Source: Candidatus Oxydemutatoraceae bacterium
GTDB lineage: Bacteria; Pseudomonadota; Gammaproteobacteria; Poriferisulfidales; Oxydemutatoraceae
Reading direction: 5' to 3'
Assembly: GCA_965220085.1 (NCBI GenBank)
Contig: CBDCOZ010000002.1
Span: 128,001 to 192,000, forward strand
Length of the DNA: 64,000 nucleotides
Within the stretch, counting starts at the first letter, position 1. Each line of letters opens with the position of its first letter. The notes under the pieces are model-generated. The model saw nothing but the letters and a program-made list of their open reading frames with translations. It ran no database searches and was not told the origin of the DNA. Of this stretch, positions 50,621 to 60,349 are shown piece by piece. A program made the position numbers and the translations under genes.

Positions 50621-51076
50621 GCCTTCAGTGCCGGTTGCAATGAAATGAGAATCATGCCTGTGGGCAGGCAGGTATCTGGGGCACACTTGCGGGTTCCGGT
50701 TGCGATGAAATAAGAAAGCCTTGATAAATCATGCAATTAAAGCAGGGGTTGCGGTTGCGATGAAATAAGAATGGTGCCTGCGATGGTTGGTATCTGCCAT
50801 ATCTTCCGGCTTTTGATGAGGGCTGGCTTGATCATCTGTCTCTTGCGTCGGAAGTGATAGGGGACACGCGCTACACTTTGACCGACCGCAATGCCCCCCA
50901 TTGCTGTCTCTTGTGTCGGAAGTGGTAGGGGACACGCGCGCTTCTTGCGAGCGATTTGCAAGCGCTTGCGAGACGCTATCCTGCGGGTGGCGGCATGTCG
51001 CGCAAGCGCTTCTCGGTCGCGCTTAGGCGTTGCTATAATGGGGCAAGCCGCCGATACAAAGCCCGATGAGTTCCCG

Positions 51077-52264
51077 ATGAAAATTAAATACGCTTTGATG
51101 AGTTCCAACTCCGACCCGGAGTATCTGGATTTCTGGCCGGTCGTCGCCGAAGCGTGGCAGAAGCTCGGCATAACACCGGTGCTGTTTTACATTCCCGACC
51201 ACCCCGCCGATGCGCCGGTTGTGCCGCAGGAGGCGCCCGGTACGCAAGTGCACACCGTGCCGCTGTTGCCCGATGTGCACCTCGTGTTGCAGGCGTCGTT
51301 GCTTCGGTACTGGGGGAGTTGCAAGTATCCGAACGATGTGGTGATCATCAGCGACATCGATCTGTTGCCTCTGTCGCGGCGGTTCTTCGTAGAGCGGTTG
51401 CGCGAAGTGGCGGATGATTGCTATGTGCATCTGAAAGTGAGCAGGGTCGGGTACGGGCATTTTACTTTGTGCGAGACGGCGGCGGGCGGGCGGCGTGATG
51501 CCACGAAAATGCGTTACTTGACGGCTTGCTATCACATCGCCAAGGGCGAGTTGATGCGCCGGGTGTGGTGGCCTGCAGATGCTTCCGATAGCGGGGGCGC
51601 GCCGGCGAGCCCCTCCGATTGGAAGCGCTGTTGCGAACGGGCGCTGCCGTACTTCTACTATGAGTGGGATTGGGGGAAGATGCTTTGCAAGGCAGATGCG
51701 CAAACGGATGCGCCGCGGGAGTTTGGCAAAAGGAAATTTAACCGATTCGGCGATGAGTTGTACTCGTCGGTGCGCGCGCATCGGTTTGCGCGGCAAGATG
51801 TGTTTCGGCACATCACCCATGAGGCGCATGAGTATCACTTTTTGCATCGCGCCGCGTGGATGTATGACCCCGAGCGGTTGCGACAGGGCTATTACTCGGC
51901 GGCACACCTGCCGCGCCCGTATGGTCAATACAAGTCGGTGATAGATGCGTTGCTACGGCGCCGCGCCCCGCCGCTGACCTACCGCGTGTTGTTTCGGATG
52001 ACAGAGGCGCTCGGCGCGGGCGCCCGGCGTTCGCCCAAACCCATCGCGTTTCTTTTTTGCTTTGCTATCGCGGCGGGCGAGGATGTGTTCAGGGTGGCTT
52101 ACCGGCGCACCGGCAGGAGCGGCGCGGCATTGTTGTGCGAGTATTGCAAAGCGATGTGCCATGCGCAAGCCGGCGACCCGCGCATGGTCGCAACGCAGAA
52201 AAGGTATCGGCGATGGAAGGGAGTGTTGCGCCGCTTGTTGCCGCGCGCGCGGGCGCACTCGTAG
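51077..52264 (+). CDS. Glycosyltransferase-like protein, paralog 1
   Basis: MKIKYALMSSNSDPEYLDFWP, ISDIDLLP (DxD), ACYH, GDELY, AHLPRPY; Arg-rich tail. Confidence 0.7.
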   Translation: MKIKYALMSSNSDPEYLDFWPVVAEAWQKLGITPVLFYIPDHPADAPVVPQEAPGTQVHTVPLLPDVHLVLQASLLRYWGSCKYPNDVVIISDIDLLPLSRRFFVERLREVADDCYVHLKVSRVGYGHFTLCETAAGGRRDATKMRYLTACYHIAKGELMRRVWWPADASDSGGAPASPSDWKRCCERALPYFYYEWDWGKMLCKADAQTDAPREFGKRKFNRFGDELYSSVRAHRFARQDVFRHITHEAHEYHFLHRAAWMYDPERLRQGYYSAAHLPRPYGQYKSVIDALLRRRAPPLTYRVLFRMTEALGAGARRSPKPIAFLFCFAIAAGEDVFRVAYRRTGRSGAALLCEYCKAMCHAQAGDPRMVATQKRYRRWKGVLRRLLPRARAHS

Positions 52265-52639
52265 CCGGGAAGGCGCACGACCATAGCCGGATGCAGACAC
52301 GCCGCAAGCCCTGCGCCCATCTCTGTGGTCGGCGCACTGGGTGGTGCCATGCGAGTGGGTGGCCGCTGGCTCGCGGGCCTGTCCGGAGGCCACTGCTCGC
52401 GAGCGCCAAGTCAAGCGCAAGCGACAAAGACGGACGCGGGCTACGGTCGCCAAGCGCCGTAGCGAGCGCAGCCAGTCCGCCCAAGCGCCCCTGTGTTGTT
52501 CTGCGACAGCGCTACCGGCGGTCTGGCGGGGCGGGGTTCATGTCGTGCATGTGCTCAAGGCAAGCGCAAGAGCGTAGCGAGCGCGGCGGAGGCGCAACGG
52601 TGCCCCTGTGGGGGCCGGTGACAGTGCTGGCAGCGCGAC

Positions 52640-53457
52640 CGGTGCGCGGTGCAGGACAAGCTAAGCCGCGCTCGTCACACCACGGTTGAATCAGCAGGTA
52701 TGGCTTGGGTGGGCAAACAACATGTAATGAGGCACAATAATGAGAGGCACAAACAACTTTGTTGTTTGTGTATTTTTTGATGAGAGCACAAACAACTTTG
52801 TTGTTTGTGTATTTTTTGATGAGAGCACAAACAACTTTGTTGTTTGTGTATTTTTTGATGAGAGCACAAACGATATAAGAGCACAATAATGAGAGGCACA
52901 AACAACTTTGTTGTTTGTGTATTTTTTGATGAGAGCACAAACAATATTATTGTTTGTGTTCCATAAACTGTTTGTGGTTTCTTAAGTTGTTTGTGTTCCA
53001 TAAACTGTTTGTGGCTTCTTAAGTTGTTTGTGTTCCATCAACTGTTTGCGGGTTGTTTATGGGGTGCGCCATGGAAGATAGCTTGGGGGATAGTTTCCGC
53101 GGTGTCGCCGAATCTCTGCGACTATCTTCGCAGGCCAGTTGCGGCGGCGCAGATGGAGTGGGCGAGCGCTCTGATTGACTAAGCCGTTAATGCCATAGTC
53201 CCGATATTTTTTCCGCCACGCATAGAGTGGATGAAGGGCTGATGTGGTAAGCGTCCATACTGGCTTTTATGCCGTGTTTCTCCCATAATGTAAGGGCTTC
53301 AAGTTTCTGTTGGGTCTTATAACTCATAGTTGCCTCCTTTGCTGAAAAAGCAGCTATTTTATAGAAACCTTTGACGCCGTAGCCGATGTGTTGATATTGC
53401 ATGTCGGCTACGTTTTTTGTTGAAGCCAAGAATCCAGAATGTTTCTGGCATTATGCA
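52640..53457 (-). mobile_element. Truncated, frameshifted copy of the IS481-like element interrupted by a repeat insert
   Basis: Left end at 53457; MASTKNVADMQYQHIG matches 60063 ORF; homology resumes at about 52640-52711 (YLLIQPWCDERGL). Confidence 0.88.
52712..53061. repeat. 350-bp CACAAACA/TGTTTGTG repeat-array insert flanked by GGGTG duplication
   Basis: 39-bp units with CACAAACAAC-TTT-GTTGTTTGTG hairpins, then alternating 18/19-bp units; GGGTG at 52707-52711 and 53062-53066, single in the intact IS. Confidence 0.88.
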
Positions 53458-53664
53458 ATGACCCATCGCTGCCTTTTTTAAGCCGAAGTGGCCGCTTTTA
53501 GAGGGTTTTGATGCCGTGTGAGGGCTGATTATTGCAGAATACCGTGTTGGAGCCGGCAATCCGGCGTATTTTTGGCGTTATTTAGAGATATCTGGCATAT
53601 TGACAGGTTCTGCTTGCGCTAAAATAGAAAATCTCGTATAAATCATGCAGATATTATACACAGG
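53457..53664. repeat. About 210-bp non-coding repeat, copy 2
   Basis: Matches 50413-50620; abuts the IS left end. Confidence 0.85.
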
Positions 53665-53738
53665 CACCTGCGCTGGAATAGGGAACTTCATATGAATCAT
53701 ACGGCTATTATCCACAGATATCTGCGCTAAAATAAGAA

Positions 53739-54240
53739 TCATGCCCACGATGGTAAATATCTAACATATCTTCTGGCTTTTGATCCGTTAGGGGCTGGCT
53801 TAATCAGGTTGTTATCTCTTGCGTCTGAAATGATATGGGAAACTCTGCTCATGCTTCTTGCGGACAATCCGAAGCGCTTGCGAAGTGTCTGATTTGTCAT
53901 CTGTTGCGCCAATACCCACTGCAAAACGCAGTGTTGGTAACAGGCGCGAATACGCTCAGCACGGTCCATTTTACTGAATGGGCGCGGACCAAAGATAATA
54001 ACGATTGTGCGCTTCAAGTCGGCTCGGAAATCCGGCGCGGGCAATTGATAATCTTCCGCCTCTTGTATTACCTTATCAATCCCGCTGCTCCTTTCTTCAC
54101 AGATGCCAAAGCGCCGCATGATATCCGTAAGATCCTCGTTGCGGGATTGGTGTCTGTCAATGAAGCGTTTAACAGGCACAATTGGTTCGCCAGGATTGCT
54201 TATCTCAACTCGGTCGGGATATATCTCAATCATAGGCGAC
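53739..54240 (-). pseudogene. C-terminal fragment of an AlbA/HATPase_c_4-type ATP-binding protein
   Basis: PMIEIYPDRVEISNPG...SRNE.L...RRFGICEERSSGIDKV...RACYQHC...MTNQTLRKRFG; N-terminus replaced by REP-like DNA. Confidence 0.75.
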
Positions 54241-54496
54241 ATCCCGCGCACTCCCCTCGCAGGGGAATTGCTCGCACTCAGTGCAAAGGCCGAGTCGCGG
54301 GCAAGGGCGATGCGAAGAGCGGGCGAGTAAGAGTTGGTGCGAGCGGGAGTCATGCGGCGCGGGGTTGCCGGTTGCGCTAAAATAAGAATCAAGCCCGCGA
54401 TGGCAAATATCTAACATATCTTCCGTGTTTAGGCTCTGTGACCGACTAGTACTTATAATGGGGCAAGCCGCCGATACAAAGCCCGATGAATTCCCG

Positions 54497-55678
54497 ATGA
54501 AAATCAAATACGCTTTAATGAGTTCCAACTCCGACCCCAAGTATCTGGACTTCTGGCCGGCCGCAGCCGAAGCGTGGCAGAAGCTCGGCATAACACCGGC
54601 GCTGTTTTACATTCCCGACCACGCCGCCGATGCGCCGGTTGTGCCGCAGGAGGTGGCGGGCACCGAGGTGCACACCGTGCCGCTGTTGCCCGATGTGCAC
54701 ATCGTGATGCAAGCGTCGTTGCTTCGGTACTGGGGGAGTTGCAAGTATCCGAACGATGTGGTGATCATCAGCGACATCGATCTGTTGCCTCTGTCGCGGC
54801 AGTTTTTCATAGAGCAGTTGGTCGAAGTGGCGGATGACCGCTATGTGCATCTGAAATTTGACAACGCCAGATACAAGCATTTTTATTTGTGCGATGCGGC
54901 GGCGGGCGCGCGGCACGATGCCACAAGGATACGTTATCTGCCCGCTTGCTATCACATCGCCAAAGGCGGCTTGATGCATGCGGTGTGGTGGGGCTCCGAT
55001 GTTGCCGACAGTTCGGGAGAGACAGGCAGCGCCCCTTCCGACTGGAAGTCTTGTTGCGAACGAGTGCTGCCGTATTTCCGGCGGCGGGAGGGGGAGGATA
55101 TGAAACATACGTTTGCTCCCAAAACCGATACCGCGCAGGAGTCCGGCAACGGCATATTTAACAGGTTCGGCGATGAGCTGTACTCGTCTGCGCGTGTGCA
55201 TCGGTTTGCGCATCAAGAGGTGTTTCATTACGTAACCTACCCGGCGCAGCAATATTATTTTTTGAATCGCAACGCATGGATGTATGACCCCGAGCGGTTG
55301 CGGCAAGGCTATTACTCGGCGGCGCATCTGCCGCGCCCGTATGGGCAATACAAGTCGGCTATAGATGCGTTGCGACGGCGCCGCGCCCCGCCGTTGATCT
55401 ACCGCGCATTATTTTGGACGATAAAAGCATTCGGCGCGGCAGGCCGGCGTTCGCCCAAACCCGTCGCGTTTCTTTTTTACTTTGCTATCGCGGCGGGTGA
55501 GGATGCATTCGGGGCGATTGACCGGCGCACCGGTTCGGGCGGCGCGGCATTGTTGCAAGAGCATTGCAAGGGGATGTGCCAGGCGCATGCCGACAACCCG
55601 CGCATGGTCGCGGCGCAGAAAAGGTATCGGCGGTTGCAGGAAGCGCTGCGCCGCTTACTGCCGCGCCCGCGACCATAG
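54497..55678 (+). CDS. Glycosyltransferase-like protein, paralog 2
   Basis: Same motifs and TATAAT leader as 51077-52264. Confidence 0.7.
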   Translation: MKIKYALMSSNSDPKYLDFWPAAAEAWQKLGITPALFYIPDHAADAPVVPQEVAGTEVHTVPLLPDVHIVMQASLLRYWGSCKYPNDVVIISDIDLLPLSRQFFIEQLVEVADDRYVHLKFDNARYKHFYLCDAAAGARHDATRIRYLPACYHIAKGGLMHAVWWGSDVADSSGETGSAPSDWKSCCERVLPYFRRREGEDMKHTFAPKTDTAQESGNGIFNRFGDELYSSARVHRFAHQEVFHYVTYPAQQYYFLNRNAWMYDPERLRQGYYSAAHLPRPYGQYKSAIDALRRRRAPPLIYRALFWTIKAFGAAGRRSPKPVAFLFYFAIAAGEDAFGAIDRRTGSGGAALLQEHCKGMCQAHADNPRMVAAQKRYRRLQEALRRLLPRPRP

Positions 55679-56827
55679 CCGGACGCAAGCGCGCCACAAC
55701 CGTCGGGGGATGCAGAGCGCGATGTTCTTGAGAATGTTCTTGGCATAGCGCAGGCTGATATTCGGGTTGCGACAAAGCATGCGGCAGACGCAAAAGAGCT
55801 TGTGCGGGCGCGCGAATAAACGCATCAGAAAGGACGGCTTCTCGGCGCGCCGCGCCAAGGCCGCCTCGGCTATGGATGCCCACGCCTTGCCCATCTTGGT
55901 CGGCACATCGTAGTAGTGATGGCGGGGCAAGACGGGCGGCGCCTTGCGGTACTCTTCGTATAGTTTGGGTTCGTTGTCTATTTCCCGTATGCGGTCGATG
56001 ACATCGTCCGTGTTTCCGTAGTCGTGGCAATTGACGAAGGCGCGCGGGTTATAGTAGTCGGCAATCGCGGGGCAACCGTGATATATCGGGATGCTTCCCA
56101 CCGCCAACGGGTGTGATATTTTTTCCGTGACATAGCCGTTGATAGAAGTGTTTTCAAAAGCGATGGTGAATTTGTAGTCTTTGATGAAGCGGAGTTTTAA
56201 ATCAAAGGGGTGAATCCACCCGGGCTCGGTTTGCTCGGGGAATGACATGTTGTTGAGAGACTGCCCGGGGCAATCGACCGGCTTGTATCGCATGAGTTTG
56301 CGGCAGAAGTCACGACGGATTTTTGTTCCGGGCCGGCGGTCGTTTGAATAGACGTAATTGCAGAATTTTGTTTTCGCTATCTCTTTGTGCCGATGCCAGT
56401 TACCCAAGAAGTCCAGCAGTCCCAGCCCCAGACAGACGTTCTCGCAGTCTCCCTTGCGCGCGGGAGGAAACGATGAAAAAACATAGTCGTACCCGTCCGG
56501 GTTCGCTATCATGGGTTCGCCGATTTTTGTTAATAGCAATGGCCGGGCGCCGAACGTCCAGCGCGCGAAAAGGGCGGACATAAACAACTGGGCATCGTCG
56601 CCGGACAGGACGCTGAGCAATATCAAATCCGGATCTTTTGCGACCCTGACGAAGCGATAGGGAAGCGCGTCATATTCTTTGCGGAAGTTTACGGGGAAAG
56701 GCAGAACCGCCTCCTTGTCTTCTTGATAAGAAAACGGTTGCGCCGACGAATGCGGCGCGCGGCATATGATGCACAGATAGCGGATGACCGCCTTGGCATC
56801 ATCCGCCGCACAGTTTTGTTTGCGCAT
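55655..56827 (-). CDS. GT10 alpha-1,3-fucosyltransferase-like protein
   Basis: KFCNYVYSN, YKFTIAFEN...GYVTEKI....GSIPIYHG, YNPRAFVN; basic amphipathic tail. Confidence 0.88.
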   Translation of the reverse strand: MRKQNCAADDAKAVIRYLCIICRAPHSSAQPFSYQEDKEAVLPFPVNFRKEYDALPYRFVRVAKDPDLILLSVLSGDDAQLFMSALFARWTFGARPLLLTKIGEPMIANPDGYDYVFSSFPPARKGDCENVCLGLGLLDFLGNWHRHKEIAKTKFCNYVYSNDRRPGTKIRRDFCRKLMRYKPVDCPGQSLNNMSFPEQTEPGWIHPFDLKLRFIKDYKFTIAFENTSINGYVTEKISHPLAVGSIPIYHGCPAIADYYNPRAFVNCHDYGNTDDVIDRIREIDNEPKLYEEYRKAPPVLPRHHYYDVPTKMGKAWASIAEAALARRAEKPSFLMRLFARPHKLFCVCRMLCRNPNISLRYAKNILKNIALCIPRRLWRACVRLWSRARQ

Positions 56828-56850
56828 CGGCTTGGGGGAGTGACTCGGGT

Positions 56851-58869
56851 TTATCGCAACGGGCCTTCCAGGAAGACGCGCAACCGCAAGCGCAGGCGCA
56901 GGCGCTCCGCCAAGCTAATGGTCATGGTGTGGGTTGCGCTGTCTAAGGCGCCATCGTTTACGGTGAAGGTGAAACTGGCGAAGTCAGGGGCGGCGGCGGA
57001 GTTGTCCGGGGGATAGAAAGTGAGGTTGCCGTTGCGCAGCTCGTCGTCGGTTACTTCGGTGTTGGCGGTCACTGCGGCGCTGCCGTTGCGCAATGTGCCC
57101 TTGCCGGATGCTATCGGGGTGACTATGGTTATGTGATCCAGGCTGTTGCCTTCCTCGTCCCTGTACGGGAAGTCGGATTCCGTGAAGATGTACGGATTGG
57201 TTGCGCTTGTGTTGACGGATACGCTCACCGAATTGTCAGCGCTGGTGGGCACATCATTGACATGGGTTACCACGGCGCCGTCGGAGCACAGCATGGGGGC
57301 GCCGACGCTGCCGCCCTCGGCGTTGTTCAGAGCATCGCGGAAGAATGCGCAGACTCTGATGTGCATGTTCCCATCCGCCTGCGAGGGGGTGAAGGCGGCG
57401 GCGTTGGCTCCGGAGATGGCGGCGTATGGGCCGGTCTGGGCATCGGCGCGGTACCATTGCCAGCGTATGTTTGCATTGCTTATGCCGTTGGGGTCGGTAA
57501 TGCCGTCGGTACTGGCGGTCAGCTCGGTATCCTCGTCATAGCCGGCGGTCGGGTCTGCGGCCGGAGTCACTGTGGGGGCGCCGCTGGCGGCGCCCTGAGT
57601 GGCACTGACGAGGTCTATGATGAGGGTGGCATCGGCGGTGGCCTCGTTGGCGACTGCCGTTGAGGGTGCTGATGTTGTGCCGGTGTCGCGCACCCGGTAT
57701 GTGAATGTCGCATAGTCGTCGGTGACGGTGGCGCCGTCAGCCGGGTAGTATGCCAGAGTGTCCAGTTCGGCCAGAGTCAGCGTGGCGTTTGCGCCGCCGG
57801 TGACGGCTGTGTTGGAAGCGCCCACCCGCCGCACCAGAGTGCCCGCCGTGGGCAGGGTGACTATGTGGATGCCGTTGATGGTGTCGTCATCGACATCGCT
57901 AAATGGAAAATCCGCCCTGACAAAGCGGTGCGGATTGTTGCTGCTGACATTGGCCGGCACCGCAACCGTGCTGGTGCTGCCGACAGGCGCATCGCTGATA
58001 TTGTCTATGCGGGCGACCTCGGAGCAACGCGTCTCGTCGCCGGGAGGGGTATGCAGATCCTTGAAGCTGACGCAGAGGCGCACATACTGCTCCGCCTGTT
58101 CATCGCCGGGGGCAAAGTGGTCGGGCATGTTCCCGGTGGAGGTCGCGCCTCTGATGTCGGCGTATGGGCCGGCGCGGGCGGGGGATTGTTGCCATTGCCA
58201 ACTATAGGCGATAGCGACGTTGCCTTCTCTGCCGAAGCCGACTGGGTCGATGCCGCCGTTCAGGTCATTGATATCGCCAGGTCCGCCTTCGAGTATCTCA
58301 TCCTCCCAGTAACTTTCTCTGGAAAATGTGGTCAGGGACTGGTGGAAGGGCGCGCCGATGGCGGGTGTTTGCGCGACCGCGCGAAGGTTGATGCTGAGCG
58401 TGGCTTCGTTGGAATCCAGGAAACCGGCCCTGACAGTGAATGTAAAACTGGTGTAGCCGAATTGTGCCTCCTGATTGGCTTCCGGCCAGTATTTGATGTC
58501 GCCGAGGTTGGCGGCGGTCACATTCTGATTCACCGTAGCGGCGGAGCTGGCCACCTGCAGGGTGCCCCGAGCCGGCAGGCTCTTTATCGTGATGTTGACC
58601 AGAGTATCCCCGTCCCTGTCGTTGAAAGGGAAGTCGTCCCTCTTGAAGGTGTACGGCATGTCGGAGGTGGCGTTGTGCGGTATCCAAAGCGTGTTAGGCA
58701 TGGCCTCCGGCGCCGCCGCCGATGCCTGAGCAATCGCTTGGTTCGCCGTGGCGAGCAGGGCAAGCATAGCCGACAACAAGAGGCCTCGGCGCATCATCGT
58801 TGCTCGCCAGTTGCGCTGTCGCAGCGCATGCGGGAAGACCCGCTCTTTGAGTTGAGATTTAATTCGCAT
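56851..58869 (-). CDS. Secreted protein with alternating cadherin-like and Ig-like repeats, ending LRLRLRLRVFLEGPLR
   Basis: Signal peptide MMRRGLLLSAMLALLATANQAIA; three DFP(F/Y).D.D/E...LP..GTL...FT(F/Y).V repeats and two WQW...F.P...IR.C..F.D repeats. Confidence 0.85.
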   Translation of the reverse strand: MRIKSQLKERVFPHALRQRNWRATMMRRGLLLSAMLALLATANQAIAQASAAAPEAMPNTLWIPHNATSDMPYTFKRDDFPFNDRDGDTLVNITIKSLPARGTLQVASSAATVNQNVTAANLGDIKYWPEANQEAQFGYTSFTFTVRAGFLDSNEATLSINLRAVAQTPAIGAPFHQSLTTFSRESYWEDEILEGGPGDINDLNGGIDPVGFGREGNVAIAYSWQWQQSPARAGPYADIRGATSTGNMPDHFAPGDEQAEQYVRLCVSFKDLHTPPGDETRCSEVARIDNISDAPVGSTSTVAVPANVSSNNPHRFVRADFPFSDVDDDTINGIHIVTLPTAGTLVRRVGASNTAVTGGANATLTLAELDTLAYYPADGATVTDDYATFTYRVRDTGTTSAPSTAVANEATADATLIIDLVSATQGAASGAPTVTPAADPTAGYDEDTELTASTDGITDPNGISNANIRWQWYRADAQTGPYAAISGANAAAFTPSQADGNMHIRVCAFFRDALNNAEGGSVGAPMLCSDGAVVTHVNDVPTSADNSVSVSVNTSATNPYIFTESDFPYRDEEGNSLDHITIVTPIASGKGTLRNGSAAVTANTEVTDDELRNGNLTFYPPDNSAAAPDFASFTFTVNDGALDSATHTMTISLAERLRLRLRLRVFLEGPLR

Positions 58870-58985
58870 TTGTTAGTTTCTCCGACAATCTTTTTTCTTC
58901 GGCATGGAAGCAAAACTCAAATCAACATGCCGTTAGCATAACCGCTTGTGCAATCGGCATGGATGGCGTACGCTCGCATTATACA
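58856..58985 (-). promoter_or_regulatory. Promoter/leader/start cassette (copy 1)
   Basis: TATAAT-like -10 near 58980, GGAG RBS, ATGCGAATTAAATC; repeated at 61353-61480. Confidence 0.7.
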
Positions 58986-60063
58986 ATACGGTTTGCATGT
59001 TGCCGGTATGTGTATGATGCCAGTACATATTGGAAACTTTGGGCAAATGTTGTGTAATTAGTGCCATAGGTGTTTGGAGCCTCAATCCATAATGTGGTCG
59101 TTGGGTATTAAACCATAGCAGGTAGTCTATCATACGCTCATTGAATTCCCGAATATCGGTCAGCAACAAGCCCTCTTCAAACTCCACAAACTCTTCCTGG
59201 AGCGTGCGGTTAAAGCGTTCATTGAATGCGTTCATCTTCGGACATTTGGGATACGTGTAGCAGTGCCGGATACCTTGCTCTTGCAGGCAGCGATCAAACG
59301 CGCCGCAGAACTCGGAGCCGTTGTCGGTGAGCACTTGCTCTATCTTGGCGGGGAACACTTCCATCATCAGCTTCATAAAGAACTCGGCAGCGATGCTGTT
59401 GCCACGAGGGACGCCGATAGCAAAGCCAAACCGGCTATGCAAATCTACGGCCGTGAACAGATAGCGACGCTGACCTTGAATAAACCGTTGCACGGTATCC
59501 ATGGCGATGCAATGCCCGATACGCTTTGCATTGAAACCCTTTTCAAGACGCTCCTTGCTCTTGCTTTGCGTTGTGCGTTGCCGACGCGGTTTTGCGGGCA
59601 CCCAGCGCATCTTATCGGGTGCGCTGGCAATCAGTCGCACGATGGTGCGCGGCTTGGGACAACGCAAGCCGCGCTCGTCACACCACGGTTGAATCAGCAG
59701 GTATATCTTGGGTGCGCCGTAGGGATAGTTTTTGCGGTGTCGCCGAATCTCGTCGATAATCTCCGGAGGCCAGTCGCGCCGGCGTGGCTGGCGCGGGCAA
59801 GTGCTCTGATTGATTAAGCCGTTAATGCCATAAAGCCGATATTGTCTCCGCCACTCATAGAGTGATGATTTGCTGATGTGGTAAGCGTCCATGCTGGCTT
59901 TTATGTTGTGGTTCTCCCATAATATAAGGGCTTCAAGTTTCTGTTTTGCTTTATAGCTCATAGTTGCCTCGTCTATTGAAAAAGCAGCTATTTTATAGAA
60001 ACCTTTGATGCCGTGGCCGATGTGTTGATATTGCATGTCGGCTACGTTTGTTGTTGAAGCCAA
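58933..60063 (-). CDS. DDE (rve) transposase
   Basis: N-terminal HTH, IAMDT, AVDLHSR, VLTDNGSEF, N.FNERFNRTLQEE, FNTQRPHYGL; stop codon lies outside the IR. Confidence 0.93.
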   Translation of the reverse strand: MASTTNVADMQYQHIGHGIKGFYKIAAFSIDEATMSYKAKQKLEALILWENHNIKASMDAYHISKSSLYEWRRQYRLYGINGLINQSTCPRQPRRRDWPPEIIDEIRRHRKNYPYGAPKIYLLIQPWCDERGLRCPKPRTIVRLIASAPDKMRWVPAKPRRQRTTQSKSKERLEKGFNAKRIGHCIAMDTVQRFIQGQRRYLFTAVDLHSRFGFAIGVPRGNSIAAEFFMKLMMEVFPAKIEQVLTDNGSEFCGAFDRCLQEQGIRHCYTYPKCPKMNAFNERFNRTLQEEFVEFEEGLLLTDIREFNERMIDYLLWFNTQRPHYGLRLQTPMALITQHLPKVSNMYWHHTHTGNMQTVLYNASVRHPCRLHKRLC

Positions 60064-60091
60064 GAATCCAGAATGTTTCTGGCATTATGCA
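59011..60091 (-). mobile_element. IS481-like insertion sequence, 1081 bp, 5-bp TSD GTATG
   Basis: Imperfect IRs TGTATGATGCCAGTACAT / TGCATAATGCCAGAAACAT; GTATG at 59006-59010 and 60092-60096. Confidence 0.9.
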
Positions 60092-60349
60092 GTATGTTGC
60101 GGACGAACCGGTTGTCGCCGCCGTCGCTTTCTTGCGGCAGGAGGTGCGATAGCCCCGCGCCTCGTCACCCCTGCGGGCAGCGCCTTCGTGGAATAGACAT
60201 CCGCGCCCATGACGGTCCGCCATTCTGCCCTGTAGCGGGCACACACGGACAGGCCCGTTACGGCAATAGCAGCGGCAGGGCTGCCAGTGTTCGGGGGGAG
60301 GGAATCAAGGCGGCTCCTCTTTCGGAGCTTCGGCGGCGGCCCCGGCGGG

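Noticed and set aside
52712-53061. CRISPR array (palindromic 39-bp repeats, with a cas6-like gene in the window)
   Set aside because: Units are directly tandem with identical linkers and no unique spacers; there is no cas1/cas2 or effector gene.
45816-54497. Near-equal duplication offsets (FRG-TPR 3422 bp; GT paralogs 3420 bp)
   Set aside because: The intervening contents are unrelated and include later insertions; most likely coincidence.
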